The notes beneath the pieces were generated by a model. It saw only the letters and a program-made list of their open reading frames with translations. It searched no databases and was not told the DNA's origin. Positions 1-10,427 of a stretch of DNA of 64,000 nt are shown here, in pieces. Source of the stretch: Paramicrobacterium sp. CJ85. Its GTDB lineage: Bacteria; Actinomycetota; Actinomycetes; Actinomycetales; Microbacteriaceae. The number at the start of each line of letters is the position of its first letter. Position 1 is the first letter of the stretch. Location of the stretch: contig NZ_CP195847.1 in NCBI RefSeq assembly GCF_051513965.1, positions 3,052,608 through 3,116,607 of the forward strand, in the 5' to 3' direction. The position numbers were made by a program, and so were the translations under genes.

Positions 1-1142
1 GGCGTCTGTAACCTCTCATACCGGTTCCAGGTGGAGCCCGACGAGTCCGCACGGAGCCGCAGAATCACGTACCCGAAGCCCACCGCACGCACACCACGCC
101 GGTCGAAGTCGTCGAGCCATGCGTCCGAGAGTGTGTCGTACTCAGGAGATCCCGGTCGCGTCCCACCGTCACGTATCCACGTTTCGGCATATTCTTCGGG
201 GGACTGCACCTCGCGTTCGATCACCCAGGAATCGAGCACACCATCGGCGGTGCCTTCGACCCAGGATGCGACGCGATCCAGACCGGATGTCGCGCCGGAG
301 TACTCCCAGTTGGCGAGCATCTGCACTGTGCCGTCTGGCGTGAGATGCGCCGCGCTCTGCGTGATCACCTCACGTACGATCGCGTCGCCGACGAGTCCGC
401 CGTCGCGGTATTCGTAGGCAGGAACATCCGCTCGACGAGGGGTGATGACGAATGGCGGATTGCTGACGATCTGATCGAAGAGCTCACCCTCAACAGGTTC
501 GAAGAGACTTCCGTGACGAAACTCGATGTTGTCGATGCCGTTCAGCTCGGCATTGAGCCGGGCCATCTCGAGCGCCCTCTCTGAGATGTCGGTCGCTACA
601 ACGCGCTGTGCGTGCCGCGAGGCATGCATCGCCTGGATCCCACAGCCCGTACCGAGGTCGAGCACGCTCTGCACTGGCTTCTGGAGCATGAGTCCCGCGA
701 GCGAGAGCGACGCCCCACCGACGCCGAGCACGTGATCCTCTCCGAGCTCTCGGCCCAGTGCCAGTTCGCCGAGGTCGGAGACGATCCACCAGCTGCCCGC
801 ACCCGTCGCATCGATGAAGCTGTAGGGTCTCAGATCACGATTCGGCCGGATGCTGTCGCCCGACGCGTCGACGAGATCGAGCTCCTCCGCACCGTCGACG
901 CCAAGTGTCGGGAGCGCTTCGTGAAGCGCTGACCGATCCACTGGCATCCCCAGGACGAACAAGGTGGCCAGCGTGCTGGCTGGCGTGGGTTCCTGCGTTC
1001 TGAGTCGGCGAAGTGCCGGCACCCGATGGTTCCGGTGTAGCGCCTGTTCGGCATCCTCACCCCAGAGTTCCGTCAGCGCGGAGACAGTGAATTCCGCGGC
1101 AGTCAGGTCGGCGCTGAGCTTCTGAGCGAGAGATCGTGGCAC
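1..1142 (-). CDS. Class I SAM-dependent methyltransferase (HemK/N6-MTase-like small-domain family), 3-prime end truncated by window edge
   Basis: Manual translation of the third minus frame (absent from ORF track because no stop in window) gives ...VLDLGTGCGIQAMHASRHAQRVVATDISERALEMARLNAELNGIDNIEFRHGSLFEP...QIVSNPPFVITP...; GxGxG SAM motif plus NPPF catalytic motif. Probable GTG start at 1140-1142 after an in-frame stop at 1155-1157. Confidence 0.6.
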   Translation of the reverse strand, partial: MPRSLAQKLSADLTAAEFTVSALTELWGEDAEQALHRNHRVPALRRLRTQEPTPASTLATLFVLGMPVDRSALHEALPTLGVDGAEELDLVDASGDSIRPNRDLRPYSFIDATGAGSWWIVSDLGELALGRELGEDHVLGVGGASLSLAGLMLQKPVQSVLDLGTGCGIQAMHASRHAQRVVATDISERALEMARLNAELNGIDNIEFRHGSLFEPVEGELFDQIVSNPPFVITPRRADVPAYEYRDGGLVGDAIVREVITQSAAHLTPDGTVQMLANWEYSGATSGLDRVASWVEGTADGVLDSWVIEREVQSPEEYAETWIRDGGTRPGSPEYDTLSDAWLDDFDRRGVRAVGFGYVILRLRADSSGSTWNRYERLQT

Positions 1143-1309
1143 GCGCACATTCTCTCAGGTGAACGGCGGTGTCTGTCTCGTCTACGCCGCAAGCACCGAC
1201 ACCGCGTCAGCCCTCGGTAACGCTCCATTCGCGTTTCCCGCACCTGCGCAACCAGCCGCGTACCCCCGTATCGCACGCCTCGGCACCTCGACGTAACCCC
1301 GCAACCCGG

Positions 1310-1744
1310 TTACGTCACGAGAAGCTCCTTTGCGTAATCATCGACTGCCAACCAGCGGACACCGTTTCGGTGACTGATGAGCTGCGCACGCACGAAGATG
1401 CGCCGGTCTCTGCAGGCATCCGCCATGGCCCGCGCCCACGCTGCGTCACACGGTGAAACGATCTCGTCTGCGCGTCGCTCCCAGACGAAGATCACCTGTT
1501 TCGCGTCATATTCCTCCATGAGCATAGAAGCGAGAGCAGTGAAACTCGCCACCGCGGCCTCGTCCGGTTCAAGCGGGTACCCCTCAATCGGCACGAGCGT
1601 GTCGAGCTGTCGATCCTCTCCGTCGAGAAACAGCATCCACCACTGTCTTTTGATAGCGCGTCCGACCAGCGCCCTGACTCTGTCTTCGATCTGCTGGTCG
1701 CTCCTCAGGGGAGCGGCAGCAGCGTCATCTGCGTGTATTGACAT
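1310..1744 (-). CDS. hypothetical protein (144 aa)
   Basis: Complete ORF on the same strand and upstream of the methyltransferase. Hairpin CGTAACC..GGTTACG overlaps the stop codon. No recognisable motifs. Confidence 0.4.
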   Translation of the reverse strand: MSIHADDAAAAPLRSDQQIEDRVRALVGRAIKRQWWMLFLDGEDRQLDTLVPIEGYPLEPDEAAVASFTALASMLMEEYDAKQVIFVWERRADEIVSPCDAAWARAMADACRDRRIFVRAQLISHRNGVRWLAVDDYAKELLVT

Positions 1745-1920
1745 ACGACGATGGTGCAGGGATGCCTCGACTCACGAGCCACGCAATCTGCGTTCTGTGG
1801 ATGAATGTTCTCTCCACAGCACAGCTCTCGACGCTGCCGCTTCATTCGTCCACAGACAGACGAAGTCACGCCTCTGTCCACAGACGGCCCTCGGCTGGAC
1901 GCAGTGTCGGCGATCTCTGA

Positions 1921-4044
1921 TTGAGTGGGTGCGTGACCCACGACACACGAACCGCTGCACTCGAGCTTCTGCGCCGCCTGGTCGGTCGCGATGATGCCGA
2001 CTTCCATGAGGGCCAGTTCGAGGCCATCTCGGCACTCGTCGACCATCGCGAACGGGCTCTCGTCGTCCAGCGCACCGGTTGGGGCAAATCCGCCGTGTAC
2101 TTCGTCGCGACTCTTCTGCTTCGGCAGCGCGGCGCTGGTCCGAGCATCCTCGTCTCACCACTGCTCGCTCTCATGCGCGATCAGGTCGCCGCCGCTGCGC
2201 GCGCCGGCGTCCGCGCGGCCTCCATCAGCTCGGCAAACGCTCACGAGTGGGACGACATCATCACCGCACTCGACCGCGACGACGTCGATGTCCTCCTCGT
2301 CTCACCAGAGCGCCTGAACAATCCCTCTTTCCGCGAGAACCAACTCCCCGAGCTCGTCTCGCGTACCGGATTGCTCGTCGTCGATGAAGCGCACTGCATT
2401 TCGGACTGGGGCCACGACTTCCGGCCGGACTACCGACGCCTGCGCGACCTGGTCTCGCGGATGCCGCAGGACGTCCCCGTCCTCGCGACGACCGCGACAG
2501 CCAACCAACGCGTCGTCACCGACGTCGCAGAACAGCTGAGTTCCGGGGGACAGCACGTCGTCACCATCCGGGGCCCGCTTGCTCGCCAGTCCCTTCGCCT
2601 CGGCGTACTCCAGCTCCCCTCGAACACCGAACGCCTCGCTTGGCTGCTGACTCACCTCGGCGATCTGCCCGGAAGCGGCATCGTATACACACTCACCGTG
2701 TCCGCTGCAGAAGACATCGCACGTCTTCTGCGCGACGCGGGGCACAATGTCCTCGCCTACACAGGTCGCACCGATCCCGCCGAGCGCGAACGTGCAGAAG
2801 CCGCTCTCAAATCCAACGAGGTCAAGGCACTGATCGCCACGAGCGCCCTTGGCATGGGGTTCGACAAACCCGACCTCGGCTTCGTCGTCCACGTGGGAGC
2901 GCCGTCGTCGCCCGTCGCGTACTACCAGCAGGTCGGGCGAGCCGGTCGCGCCACCGATCACGCGGATGTTCTTCTGCTTCCGGGGGAAGAAGACCAGGCG
3001 ATCTGGCAGTACTTCGCCACAGCATCGATGCCGAACGAACAGGCGGCACACGCCGTCATCGAGGCGCTTCAATCGTCCGACCGTGTGCTCTCCACTCCAG
3101 CCTTGGAGTCCCGCGTCGATCTCAAGCGCACGACTCTTGAGCTCCTCCTCAAGGTGCTCGACGTCGATGGCGCCGTCCAACGCGTCTCTGGAGGTTGGCA
3201 AGCGACCGGTCACCCCTGGACCTACGACCGAGAGCGATACGAGCGCATCGCAACGGAGCGTCGGGCGGAGCAGAACGCGATGCTTGAGTATGAAGCTGGA
3301 CGTGAGTGCCGTATGGCGTTCCTCCAGCGCCAGTTGGACGATGACACTGCGTCCGCGTGTGGCCGCTGCGATGTGTGCGCCGGTGCGTGGTATCCGACGG
3401 GATCCGACGACTCTGCATCGAGTGCAGCGGCTCAGAGCCTCACCCGCGTCGGGGTCGTCATCGAGCCGCGTGCCATGTGGCCGACCGGCTCCGATCGGGT
3501 CGGTCTTCCCGTGAAGGGACGCATCCCCGCCGAACAGCAGCTTCGCCCGGGGCGAGCACTTGCACGACTCACCGATCTCGGCTGGGGCGGCCGCCTTCGT
3601 GAGATCTTCGCAGCGGATGCCGTTGACGGGCCGATCGATCGCGCCACACTCGACGCCTGCGTGCGTGTGCTTGCCGACTGGGAGTGGGAGCAACGACCCG
3701 CCGCCGTTGTGAGTATGCCGTCAGACACGAAGCCCCAGCTCATTCAGTCTCTCGCCGAGGGCCTCGCATCGATCGGACGCCTGCCATATCTCGGTGCCCT
3801 CCAGGCAGCGAACGATGCGGCACATGCTGGCCCCATGAACAGCGTCTTCCGGCTGGCATCGGTCTGGAGTCGCTTCAGTGTCGGGCCAGAACTCGTCTCA
3901 CGTTTGGATGAGAGCGGGGGAGCACCGGTTCTGCTCGTCGACGATCGAGTGGACAGCAGGTGGTCGATCACCGTGGCCGGTCAGCGGCTGATCACTGCGG
4001 GAGCGGGAGCGGTGCTTCCGTTCGCACTCGCCCTTCAGGCGTGA
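1921..4044 (+). CDS. recQ: RecQ-family ATP-dependent DNA helicase
   Basis: 707-aa ORF with helicase motif I (QRTGWGKS), DEAH box (VVDEAHCISDWGHDFRPDYRRL) and a C-terminal Cys-rich/winged region. TTG start at 1921, alternative GTG at 1933. Confidence 0.85.
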   Translation: MSGCVTHDTRTAALELLRRLVGRDDADFHEGQFEAISALVDHRERALVVQRTGWGKSAVYFVATLLLRQRGAGPSILVSPLLALMRDQVAAAARAGVRAASISSANAHEWDDIITALDRDDVDVLLVSPERLNNPSFRENQLPELVSRTGLLVVDEAHCISDWGHDFRPDYRRLRDLVSRMPQDVPVLATTATANQRVVTDVAEQLSSGGQHVVTIRGPLARQSLRLGVLQLPSNTERLAWLLTHLGDLPGSGIVYTLTVSAAEDIARLLRDAGHNVLAYTGRTDPAERERAEAALKSNEVKALIATSALGMGFDKPDLGFVVHVGAPSSPVAYYQQVGRAGRATDHADVLLLPGEEDQAIWQYFATASMPNEQAAHAVIEALQSSDRVLSTPALESRVDLKRTTLELLLKVLDVDGAVQRVSGGWQATGHPWTYDRERYERIATERRAEQNAMLEYEAGRECRMAFLQRQLDDDTASACGRCDVCAGAWYPTGSDDSASSAAAQSLTRVGVVIEPRAMWPTGSDRVGLPVKGRIPAEQQLRPGRALARLTDLGWGGRLREIFAADAVDGPIDRATLDACVRVLADWEWEQRPAAVVSMPSDTKPQLIQSLAEGLASIGRLPYLGALQAANDAAHAGPMNSVFRLASVWSRFSVGPELVSRLDESGGAPVLLVDDRVDSRWSITVAGQRLITAGAGAVLPFALALQA

Positions 4045-4063
4045 GCGGCTTGGAGGACGTCAG

Positions 4064-4446
4064 TCAGCGTGCCTCGGCTTTACGAGCGCAGTCGATGCAT
4101 AGTGTCGTGTACGGACGTGCTTCGAGGCGAGGACGTCCGATGGCGTTGCCACACGACTCGCACATTCCGAACTCACGTGCCTCAATCCGTGCCAGCGCGG
4201 CATCCACCTCGCGCAGCTCGGCCTCGCCCTCGGATTGGAGCCCCGTCAGTTTCGACCACTCGTCCGACATCGTCGGGCCCTCAGGGTCGTGCTCATCGTC
4301 ATTCGTGCCTTCGCCGAGCGACTCGCGCACCTGGGCCAGAGCGTCATCGTTCGATCGCATCATCTCGACGAGCTCGTCTCTCCGCTTGCGCAGAAGATCG
4401 GCGAAATGCTCCAGTGTTGTGTCGCTCAGTCGTGAAGTGGCCATAG
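4064..4446 (-). CDS. TraR/DksA-family C4 zinc-finger protein
   Basis: C-terminal CxxC-(17)-CxxC motif (CESCGNAIGRPRLEARPYTTLCIDCARKA) preceded by a coiled-coil. The 254-aa track ORF has a low-complexity N-terminal extension, so the start was trimmed to the internal ATG at 4444-4446 (MATSRLSDTTLEHF...). Confidence 0.65.
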
Positions 4447-4559
4447 ACCATCGTGGCACATTCCAAGCGATTCGCGCGTGATTACGCCTATTCGCAGTGT
4501 CGCAGGAACACGACGTACCCTGAGGGTGCACACGATGCACCACGGAAGAGAGCACGCGC

Positions 4560-4949
4560 ATGAGCCAGTCGATCGAGCAGCTCCGGGCGGACGCCCGCGT
4601 CGAGCTCGACGTGCTGATCGAGCACCACTCGCGCGATGGTGAGGACCCGTGGGAGTTCCTCCACGCCCTTCCCACCGTCGACGAGTTGGTCGTCCGAGCG
4701 CTTCGCGATGACGAGCTCGAACGCCGTGGTTCCATGGCCGAGTATCTTCTCGCCCGAATGGCCCAGCGAACGAACCGACCCGACGCAGACGCCCTGCGCG
4801 CAGACGCCGATCGCCTTGAGTACGACATTCTCCGGGAGATCGCTCACCGGCATCCCGAGCTGACGCGCGCCGTGTGGACTTTGGCAGGCGACCTCAATCA
4901 CGCTCGTCGGTCGCCCGCAGAATCGGCGACTCCGCGCCCCGAAGACTAG
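4560..4949 (+). CDS. hypothetical protein (129 aa)
   Basis: ORF with a purine-rich stretch before the ATG. Acidic protein with no recognisable motif. Confidence 0.4.
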   Translation: MSQSIEQLRADARVELDVLIEHHSRDGEDPWEFLHALPTVDELVVRALRDDELERRGSMAEYLLARMAQRTNRPDADALRADADRLEYDILREIAHRHPELTRAVWTLAGDLNHARRSPAESATPRPED

Positions 4950-5038
4950 GCCGCCACCGCCGCGCTCAGGCAAGCCTGTGGATCGTCAACGTAGAATCGG
5001 CTGAGCCCTCGCACGTCGCGAGTCGCTCCGCGATCACT

Positions 5039-7360
5039 ATGAACCTTCCTTCGACACTTGCGCGCGCGGCCGTCATCACCGCAGTCTGCGTGGCGACCCT
5101 CGGGGTCAGCCCGTCAGCCGCACATGCCGCCGTGTCGACTGGCCACCCAGCCACAGGGACAGTCACAGCAGCCTCCCCAGACGACGAAGGCGCGCTTCTG
5201 AGCGTCGAACTCCTCGACACCCCCATCGAGCCCGACGGCGAGCTCCGCGCGAGCATCACTGTTACGAATTCCTCCGACACTCCACTAGCCACCGGTCACG
5301 TCGTTCTGTCGTCATCCACCACACCGTTCGCTTCGCGCGACGAACTCGCCGACTACCTCGACCTCGCATCCTCAGACAACCTGACCCCGAACACGCTCGA
5401 CACAATCGACGTTCCCAGCATCACGCCGGGCTCCACGTGGACGAGCACACCCGTGACGGTCACGACCGAGGACCTCCAGCTGGGGGACGACTTCGGAGCA
5501 TATGCTTTCTCTGGCACATACGTTGCGGGGGAGCAGACGGCCCAGTCACGGGACGCTTTCGTCCTCGACACGGGCACAGCTCCGGGCACGGCGAACATCG
5601 CCGTGGCGGTTCCAATCACCCTTCCTCCAGACTCTGCATCGATGCTCTCAGCCGATGATCTCGAGGCGTTCACAGGGGAGGACGGACTCCTGACCCGTCA
5701 ACTGGACGGTGTGCTCGGGCATCCGGTTGCCATTGCCATCGACCCGAGAATCATCGCGTCGATCCGAGCATTAGGCACGGCCGCTCCCGAAACAGCCACC
5801 GAGTGGCTTGAACGCCTCGACGCGGCGAGCAACGATATATTCCCTCTGCAGTATGCAGATGCAGATCCGACTGCTCAGCTCCAATCCGGCGCCTCCTCGC
5901 TTCTCGCACCGACATCGCTCGACTTCGGTATGGACCCGAAGAACTTCACTCCTGTCGAACCGGAAGAGCCTGAGACGGAGACGCCGACGGGATCACCGAC
6001 CCCCGCGGGAGCTGGCACCGAGACGACTCCGACGCCCACTCCGACAGTCGACCCGAACGGCACTCCCACACTCGACGCGCTCCTCGCCTTCGACTACACG
6101 TTCCCGTCGGCACTCTGGCCCGCAGATGACACGGTGACCGCCGATGACATCACGGCCCTCACGAAGGACGGCTTCGGGCCGATCGTCGTCTCCAGTTCCA
6201 ACACGTCGGCCGGCGCTCACACCACGGTTCCAGGACGCATCAGCCAGGGCGAATCCGACCTGCTCATCTCCGATTCGGCCGCATCCGATGCACTGAGGTC
6301 GGCAATCTCCGCACGCAGCGACACCGCACAGAGTGACGCGATGGCGACCTTGGCCGCTGAGCTCGCCCTGATCGGTGCCGAATCGGGCGCTTCAGGCCGA
6401 AGCATCCTGCTCACACTCGATCGCACCGTCCCCACGAGCGCTGACCGCATGTCCTCCGTGCTGTCAGACCTCGGGGATCTCACGGGCGTGTCCATGAAGA
6501 GCCTCTCCGCATTCAAAGCGGTCGATGAATCCGGAGTCACCGTCGCGGACAAGCCTCAAACAGAGGAGCGCCTCGACGCATTCACTCGAATCCGCTCGTA
6601 CGACGACCGCATCGAGGCGTTCTCCACGGCACTCGACGATCCGTCGATTCTCATCGGTCGACAGGATGCCGCGAAGCTCACGACCTACTCCGTGGGCTGG
6701 CTCGAAGACCTCGAGTCCTGGAACAAGGCGGTCACCGAGTTCGAGTCCTCGACTCAGCACGTCCTCACATCAGTGACGATCGTGCGCTCGAGCCCGATCC
6801 TCATGATCGCGGACCAGATCTCCATCAAGATCTCGGTTCGCAACACCCTCGATCTGCCGGTGAACGTCATTATGCGCGCGTCTCCCGACAACCCGCGTCT
6901 CAAGGTCGAGCAGTCGGATCAGACGCAGATCCCCGCGAAGACGCAGCAGTCCGTCTCCATCCCGGTGACCGCACGACTCGGAAACGGCGACGTGAACCTG
7001 CGTCTCTTCCTGTACACCCCCGAGGGCGTCTCACTCGGAGACAGCTCAACCGTGCCGGTCACGGTGCGTGCCGACTGGGAGCGCATCGGCACCATTATCT
7101 TGATCGGGGGAGTGACGCTCCTCTTCGTGTTCGGTGTGATCCGCACGGTGCTGCGCCGTCGTCGTGAGCACGAAGCCGCTGACACGGACACGGCCGAAAG
7201 CCCTGCAGAGACAGACGCTGACTCAGGCGCCCCAAGTGACGCCGACACTGCGAATGGTGAGAACACCGCGGACGAGACGGGCGCAGCAGACGACGCGAGA
7301 ACGGAAGATGCAGACGGACCGACCGCCGACGACCACGACGGAGATCGCAATGGCAGCTGA
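5039..7360 (+). CDS. DUF6049-like large secreted protein (Rv3909-like) with signal peptide, C-terminal TM helix and acidic tail
   Basis: Internal ATG at 5039 gives a signal peptide (MNLPSTLARAAVITAVCVATLGVSPSAAHA). Thr/Pro-rich linker, C-terminal TM (IGTIILIGGVTLLFVFGVI), then a D/E-rich tail. Conserved position immediately upstream of murJ, by recall of the actinobacterial origin-proximal layout. Confidence 0.7.
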   Translation: MNLPSTLARAAVITAVCVATLGVSPSAAHAAVSTGHPATGTVTAASPDDEGALLSVELLDTPIEPDGELRASITVTNSSDTPLATGHVVLSSSTTPFASRDELADYLDLASSDNLTPNTLDTIDVPSITPGSTWTSTPVTVTTEDLQLGDDFGAYAFSGTYVAGEQTAQSRDAFVLDTGTAPGTANIAVAVPITLPPDSASMLSADDLEAFTGEDGLLTRQLDGVLGHPVAIAIDPRIIASIRALGTAAPETATEWLERLDAASNDIFPLQYADADPTAQLQSGASSLLAPTSLDFGMDPKNFTPVEPEEPETETPTGSPTPAGAGTETTPTPTPTVDPNGTPTLDALLAFDYTFPSALWPADDTVTADDITALTKDGFGPIVVSSSNTSAGAHTTVPGRISQGESDLLISDSAASDALRSAISARSDTAQSDAMATLAAELALIGAESGASGRSILLTLDRTVPTSADRMSSVLSDLGDLTGVSMKSLSAFKAVDESGVTVADKPQTEERLDAFTRIRSYDDRIEAFSTALDDPSILIGRQDAAKLTTYSVGWLEDLESWNKAVTEFESSTQHVLTSVTIVRSSPILMIADQISIKISVRNTLDLPVNVIMRASPDNPRLKVEQSDQTQIPAKTQQSVSIPVTARLGNGDVNLRLFLYTPEGVSLGDSSTVPVTVRADWERIGTIILIGGVTLLFVFGVIRTVLRRRREHEAADTDTAESPAETDADSGAPSDADTANGENTADETGAADDARTEDADGPTADDHDGDRNGS

Positions 7361-9017
7361 CACCGCGCCGAGTGCCGGCGAGCCGACGGGTGAGAACGAG
7401 TCGGTCGGCCGGGCAAGTCTTTTCCTCGCCTCGGGCACGATCGTCTCGCGGCTGCTCGGTTTCGCGAAGGCAGTGCTTCTCGCCATGGCCGTCGGAAGCG
7501 TCGGAAGCGCGAGCGCAGACGCGTTCGGCGTAGCGAACCAGCTGCCGAACCAGATCTACTCGATCGTCGCGGGGGGAGTGTTCAGCGCCGTCCTCGTCCC
7601 GACCATCGTCCGCGCGATCGTCGGTGTCGACCGTGGGCGCGCCTACATCAACAAGCTCCTCACTGTGGCGCTGGTCATCCTGCTCGCGGTCACGCTCGTC
7701 GTCACCCTCGCCGCACCATTCATCATCAATCTGTATCTGGCGAGCGGCAACATCGATCCGGATGCTCGTGCACTCGCGACCGCGTTCGCCTACTGGTGTC
7801 TTCCCCAGGTCTTCTTCTACGGCCTCTATTCGCTGCTCGGTGAGATCCTCAACGCGCACAAGCTCTTCGGCCCCTTCACGTGGGCTCCCGCCCTCAACAA
7901 CGTGATCGCGATGGCCGGCTTGGTCGCGTTCATGGTGATCTTCGGGGCGGATGCCTCCGGAACACGTCTCGTGACGGAGTGGACCGACAGCATGATCTGG
8001 CTCCTCGCCGGCTCCGCGACGGCCGGCATCGTCGCCCAAGCTCTCGTGCTGTTCCTCTTCTGGCGACGCATCGGCCTGCGCTATCGCCCCGACTTCCATT
8101 GGCGAGGCGTTGGACTGCGCCAGACGGGGAAACTCGCCGGCTGGACCTTCGCCTCTCTGCTTCTCACCCAGCTGGGTGGCTTGGTTCAGACGAACGTGTC
8201 ATTCCAGGCGGCCGGCCACGGCGCATCCACCGCGACTCTGCAGAACTCGTGGCTCATCATCATGCTGCCGCACTCCGTTATCGCGGTGTCGGTAGCCACG
8301 GCATATTTCACGCGCATGGCCGAGCATGCCAACGAAGGCCGCATCGAGCGTATGAAGGAGGATGTTGCGAAGGCCGCGCGCCAGATCACACTCCTCATCG
8401 TGCTCGCCGGCGCCGTGATCGCTGTCGTCGCACTGCCGTTCTCGAGCCTCTTCACCGGAACGCTTGCTCAGGCCGGCCAGATGGCCTTCGTCATCTTCGG
8501 TTACCTCGGCGATCTGCTTCCGTTCACTCTGCTCTTCGTCATCCAGCGAACATTCTTCGCCCTCGGCGACACGCGCACACCTTTCTTCTCCACAATCGTC
8601 CAGGCCGGCCTGTTCATCCTTCTCGCCCTGTCCTGCGCCCTGCTCCCGCCGGAACTCATCGGCGTCGGTCTCGCGATCTCCATCTCCGTCGCCGGCACCG
8701 CGCAGCTCATCGTCGGTTATCTGCTGCTTCGCCGTAAGATCGGCGGCCTCGGTGCACGACCGGTTCTCTTCGCGATCCTGCGCTTCATCGCCGCCTCGAT
8801 TCCGGCGGCGATCATCGGATGGCTCATCACGTTCTTCCTCGGCGCCACCCGTGAGGACGGTTTCGCCGTGAGCTCCACACTGGGAGCAGTGGCCACGATG
8901 GCGCTCGTGGGAACAGTGATGGCCGTCGTCTACTTCGGCATCCTCGTCCTCATGCGCACTCCGGACCTGAAGGGGGCCCTCGATCCAATACGTCGCCGCT
9001 TCATGAGCGGTCGCTGA
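7350..9017 (+). CDS. murJ: Lipid II flippase MurJ (MviN)
   Basis: Polytopic membrane protein with the MurJ/MviN N-terminal signature (GRASLFLASGTIVSRLLGFAKAVLLAMAVG...). ATG at 7350 overlaps the upstream stop by 11 nt. Confidence 0.85.
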   Translation: MAADTAPSAGEPTGENESVGRASLFLASGTIVSRLLGFAKAVLLAMAVGSVGSASADAFGVANQLPNQIYSIVAGGVFSAVLVPTIVRAIVGVDRGRAYINKLLTVALVILLAVTLVVTLAAPFIINLYLASGNIDPDARALATAFAYWCLPQVFFYGLYSLLGEILNAHKLFGPFTWAPALNNVIAMAGLVAFMVIFGADASGTRLVTEWTDSMIWLLAGSATAGIVAQALVLFLFWRRIGLRYRPDFHWRGVGLRQTGKLAGWTFASLLLTQLGGLVQTNVSFQAAGHGASTATLQNSWLIIMLPHSVIAVSVATAYFTRMAEHANEGRIERMKEDVAKAARQITLLIVLAGAVIAVVALPFSSLFTGTLAQAGQMAFVIFGYLGDLLPFTLLFVIQRTFFALGDTRTPFFSTIVQAGLFILLALSCALLPPELIGVGLAISISVAGTAQLIVGYLLLRRKIGGLGARPVLFAILRFIAASIPAAIIGWLITFFLGATREDGFAVSSTLGAVATMALVGTVMAVVYFGILVLMRTPDLKGALDPIRRRFMSGR

Positions 9018-9092
9018 AACAGCATCCATCCCTGGAATAGACCGTCGTTACACTGTGTTCTACCAGGCAGAGCAATCGTCAGGAGTATCCGC

Positions 9093-10067
9093 GTGCACAA
9101 CGTCATCATCATCGGCTCGGGTCCCGCCGGCTACACCGCCGCCATCTATGCGGCTCGGGCACAGCTTGAGCCTGTCGTCATCGCCAGTTCGGTTGCCGCA
9201 GGCGGCGAACTGATGAACACCACAGAGGTCGAGAACTTCCCGGGCTTCCCCGAGGGCATCCAAGGCCCCGATCTCATGATGAAGATGCAGGAGCAGGCCG
9301 AACGCTTCGGGGCCAAGGTCGTCTACGACGACGTCGACTCGCTTGAGCTCGAGGGGCCGGTCAAGACTGTGAAGACAATGCTGGGCGAGACCTACGAGGC
9401 CCGCACCGTCATCGTCGCCACGGGCTCCGCGTACCGCAAGATCGGCATCGAAGACGAAGAGCGCCTTTCGGGTCGCGGCGTCAGCTGGTGCGCCACGTGC
9501 GATGGCTTCTTCTTCAAGGACAAGACCATCGCCGTCGTCGGCGGCGGTGACTCCGCAATGGAGGAGGCCACGTTCCTCACACGCTTTGCGTCGAAGGTGT
9601 ACGTCGTCCACCGTCGTGACGCACTCCGTGCCTCGAAGATCATGCAGGAGCGCGCATTCGCCGACCCGAAGATCGAATTCGTCTGGAACAACGAGGTCAT
9701 CGGCATCAGCGGTGAAGACAGCGTCACCGGTCTGACTCTGCGCAGCACCGAGGACGGCTCCGAGTCGACTCTCGACGTCCAGGGGCTCTTCGTCGCAATC
9801 GGAAACGACCCACGCACTCACCTCGTCCACGGGCAGCTCGATCTCACGTCCGAGGGCACAATCGCCGTCGAGGGGCGCTCGTCCAGGACGAACCTCCCCG
9901 GCGTCTTCGCAGCGGGCGATGTCATCGATCCGACGTACCGGCAGGCGGCCACCGCTGCCGGCAGCGGAACAGTCGCGGCACTCGACGCAGAGCATTACCT
10001 CGCTGCACTGAACGAGGCGGGCGAACCGGATGCCGGTGTCGACCAGCTCGCCGGCAACATCGCCTGA
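9093..10067 (+). CDS. trxB: Thioredoxin-disulfide reductase
   Basis: FAD motif GSGPAGYTAA, redox-active CATCDG and NADPH motif GGGDSAMEEA. GTG start at 9093 with AGGAG RBS at 9081-9085. Confidence 0.95.
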   Translation: MHNVIIIGSGPAGYTAAIYAARAQLEPVVIASSVAAGGELMNTTEVENFPGFPEGIQGPDLMMKMQEQAERFGAKVVYDDVDSLELEGPVKTVKTMLGETYEARTVIVATGSAYRKIGIEDEERLSGRGVSWCATCDGFFFKDKTIAVVGGGDSAMEEATFLTRFASKVYVVHRRDALRASKIMQERAFADPKIEFVWNNEVIGISGEDSVTGLTLRSTEDGSESTLDVQGLFVAIGNDPRTHLVHGQLDLTSEGTIAVEGRSSRTNLPGVFAAGDVIDPTYRQAATAAGSGTVAALDAEHYLAALNEAGEPDAGVDQLAGNIA

Positions 10068-10096
10068 CCGCAGCATCCATCAATGAAGGAGACACA

Positions 10097-10420
10097 ATGA
10101 CCGCTCGCGCAGTGACCGAGCAGACGTTCGAGGAGGAAGTCCTCAAGTCTGACAAGCCCGTACTCGTCGACTTCTGGGCTGCATGGTGCGGACCGTGCCG
10201 CATGGTCTCGCCCATCCTCGACCAGATCGCCGAGGAGAACAGCGACAAGATCGACATCGTCAAGGTGAACGTCGATGAGAATCCGAACCTCGCTATGCAG
10301 TACCAGATCACGTCCATCCCCGCGATGAAGGTGTTCAAGGGCGGCGAAGTGTCGACGTCCATTATCGGAGCCAAGCCGAAGGCTGCCCTCGAGGCCGACC
10401 TCTCGGCGTACCTGGCCTGA
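10097..10420 (+). CDS. trxA: Thioredoxin
   Basis: WCGPC active site, 107 aa, GAAGGAG RBS. Followed by a nested GC hairpin terminator. Confidence 0.95.
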   Translation: MTARAVTEQTFEEEVLKSDKPVLVDFWAAWCGPCRMVSPILDQIAEENSDKIDIVKVNVDENPNLAMQYQITSIPAMKVFKGGEVSTSIIGAKPKAALEADLSAYLA

Positions 10421-10427
10421 TCTGATC

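Noticed and set aside
4064-4828. Full 254-aa ORF for the DksA/TraR gene
   Set aside because: The N-terminal 128 residues are Ser/Arg low-complexity. The conserved zinc-finger protein starts at the internal ATG (4446).
7095-8099. 334-aa minus-strand ORF antisense to murJ
   Set aside because: Arg/Asp/Glu/His-rich low-complexity translation typical of the reverse strand of a high-GC gene. It fully overlaps the well-supported murJ.
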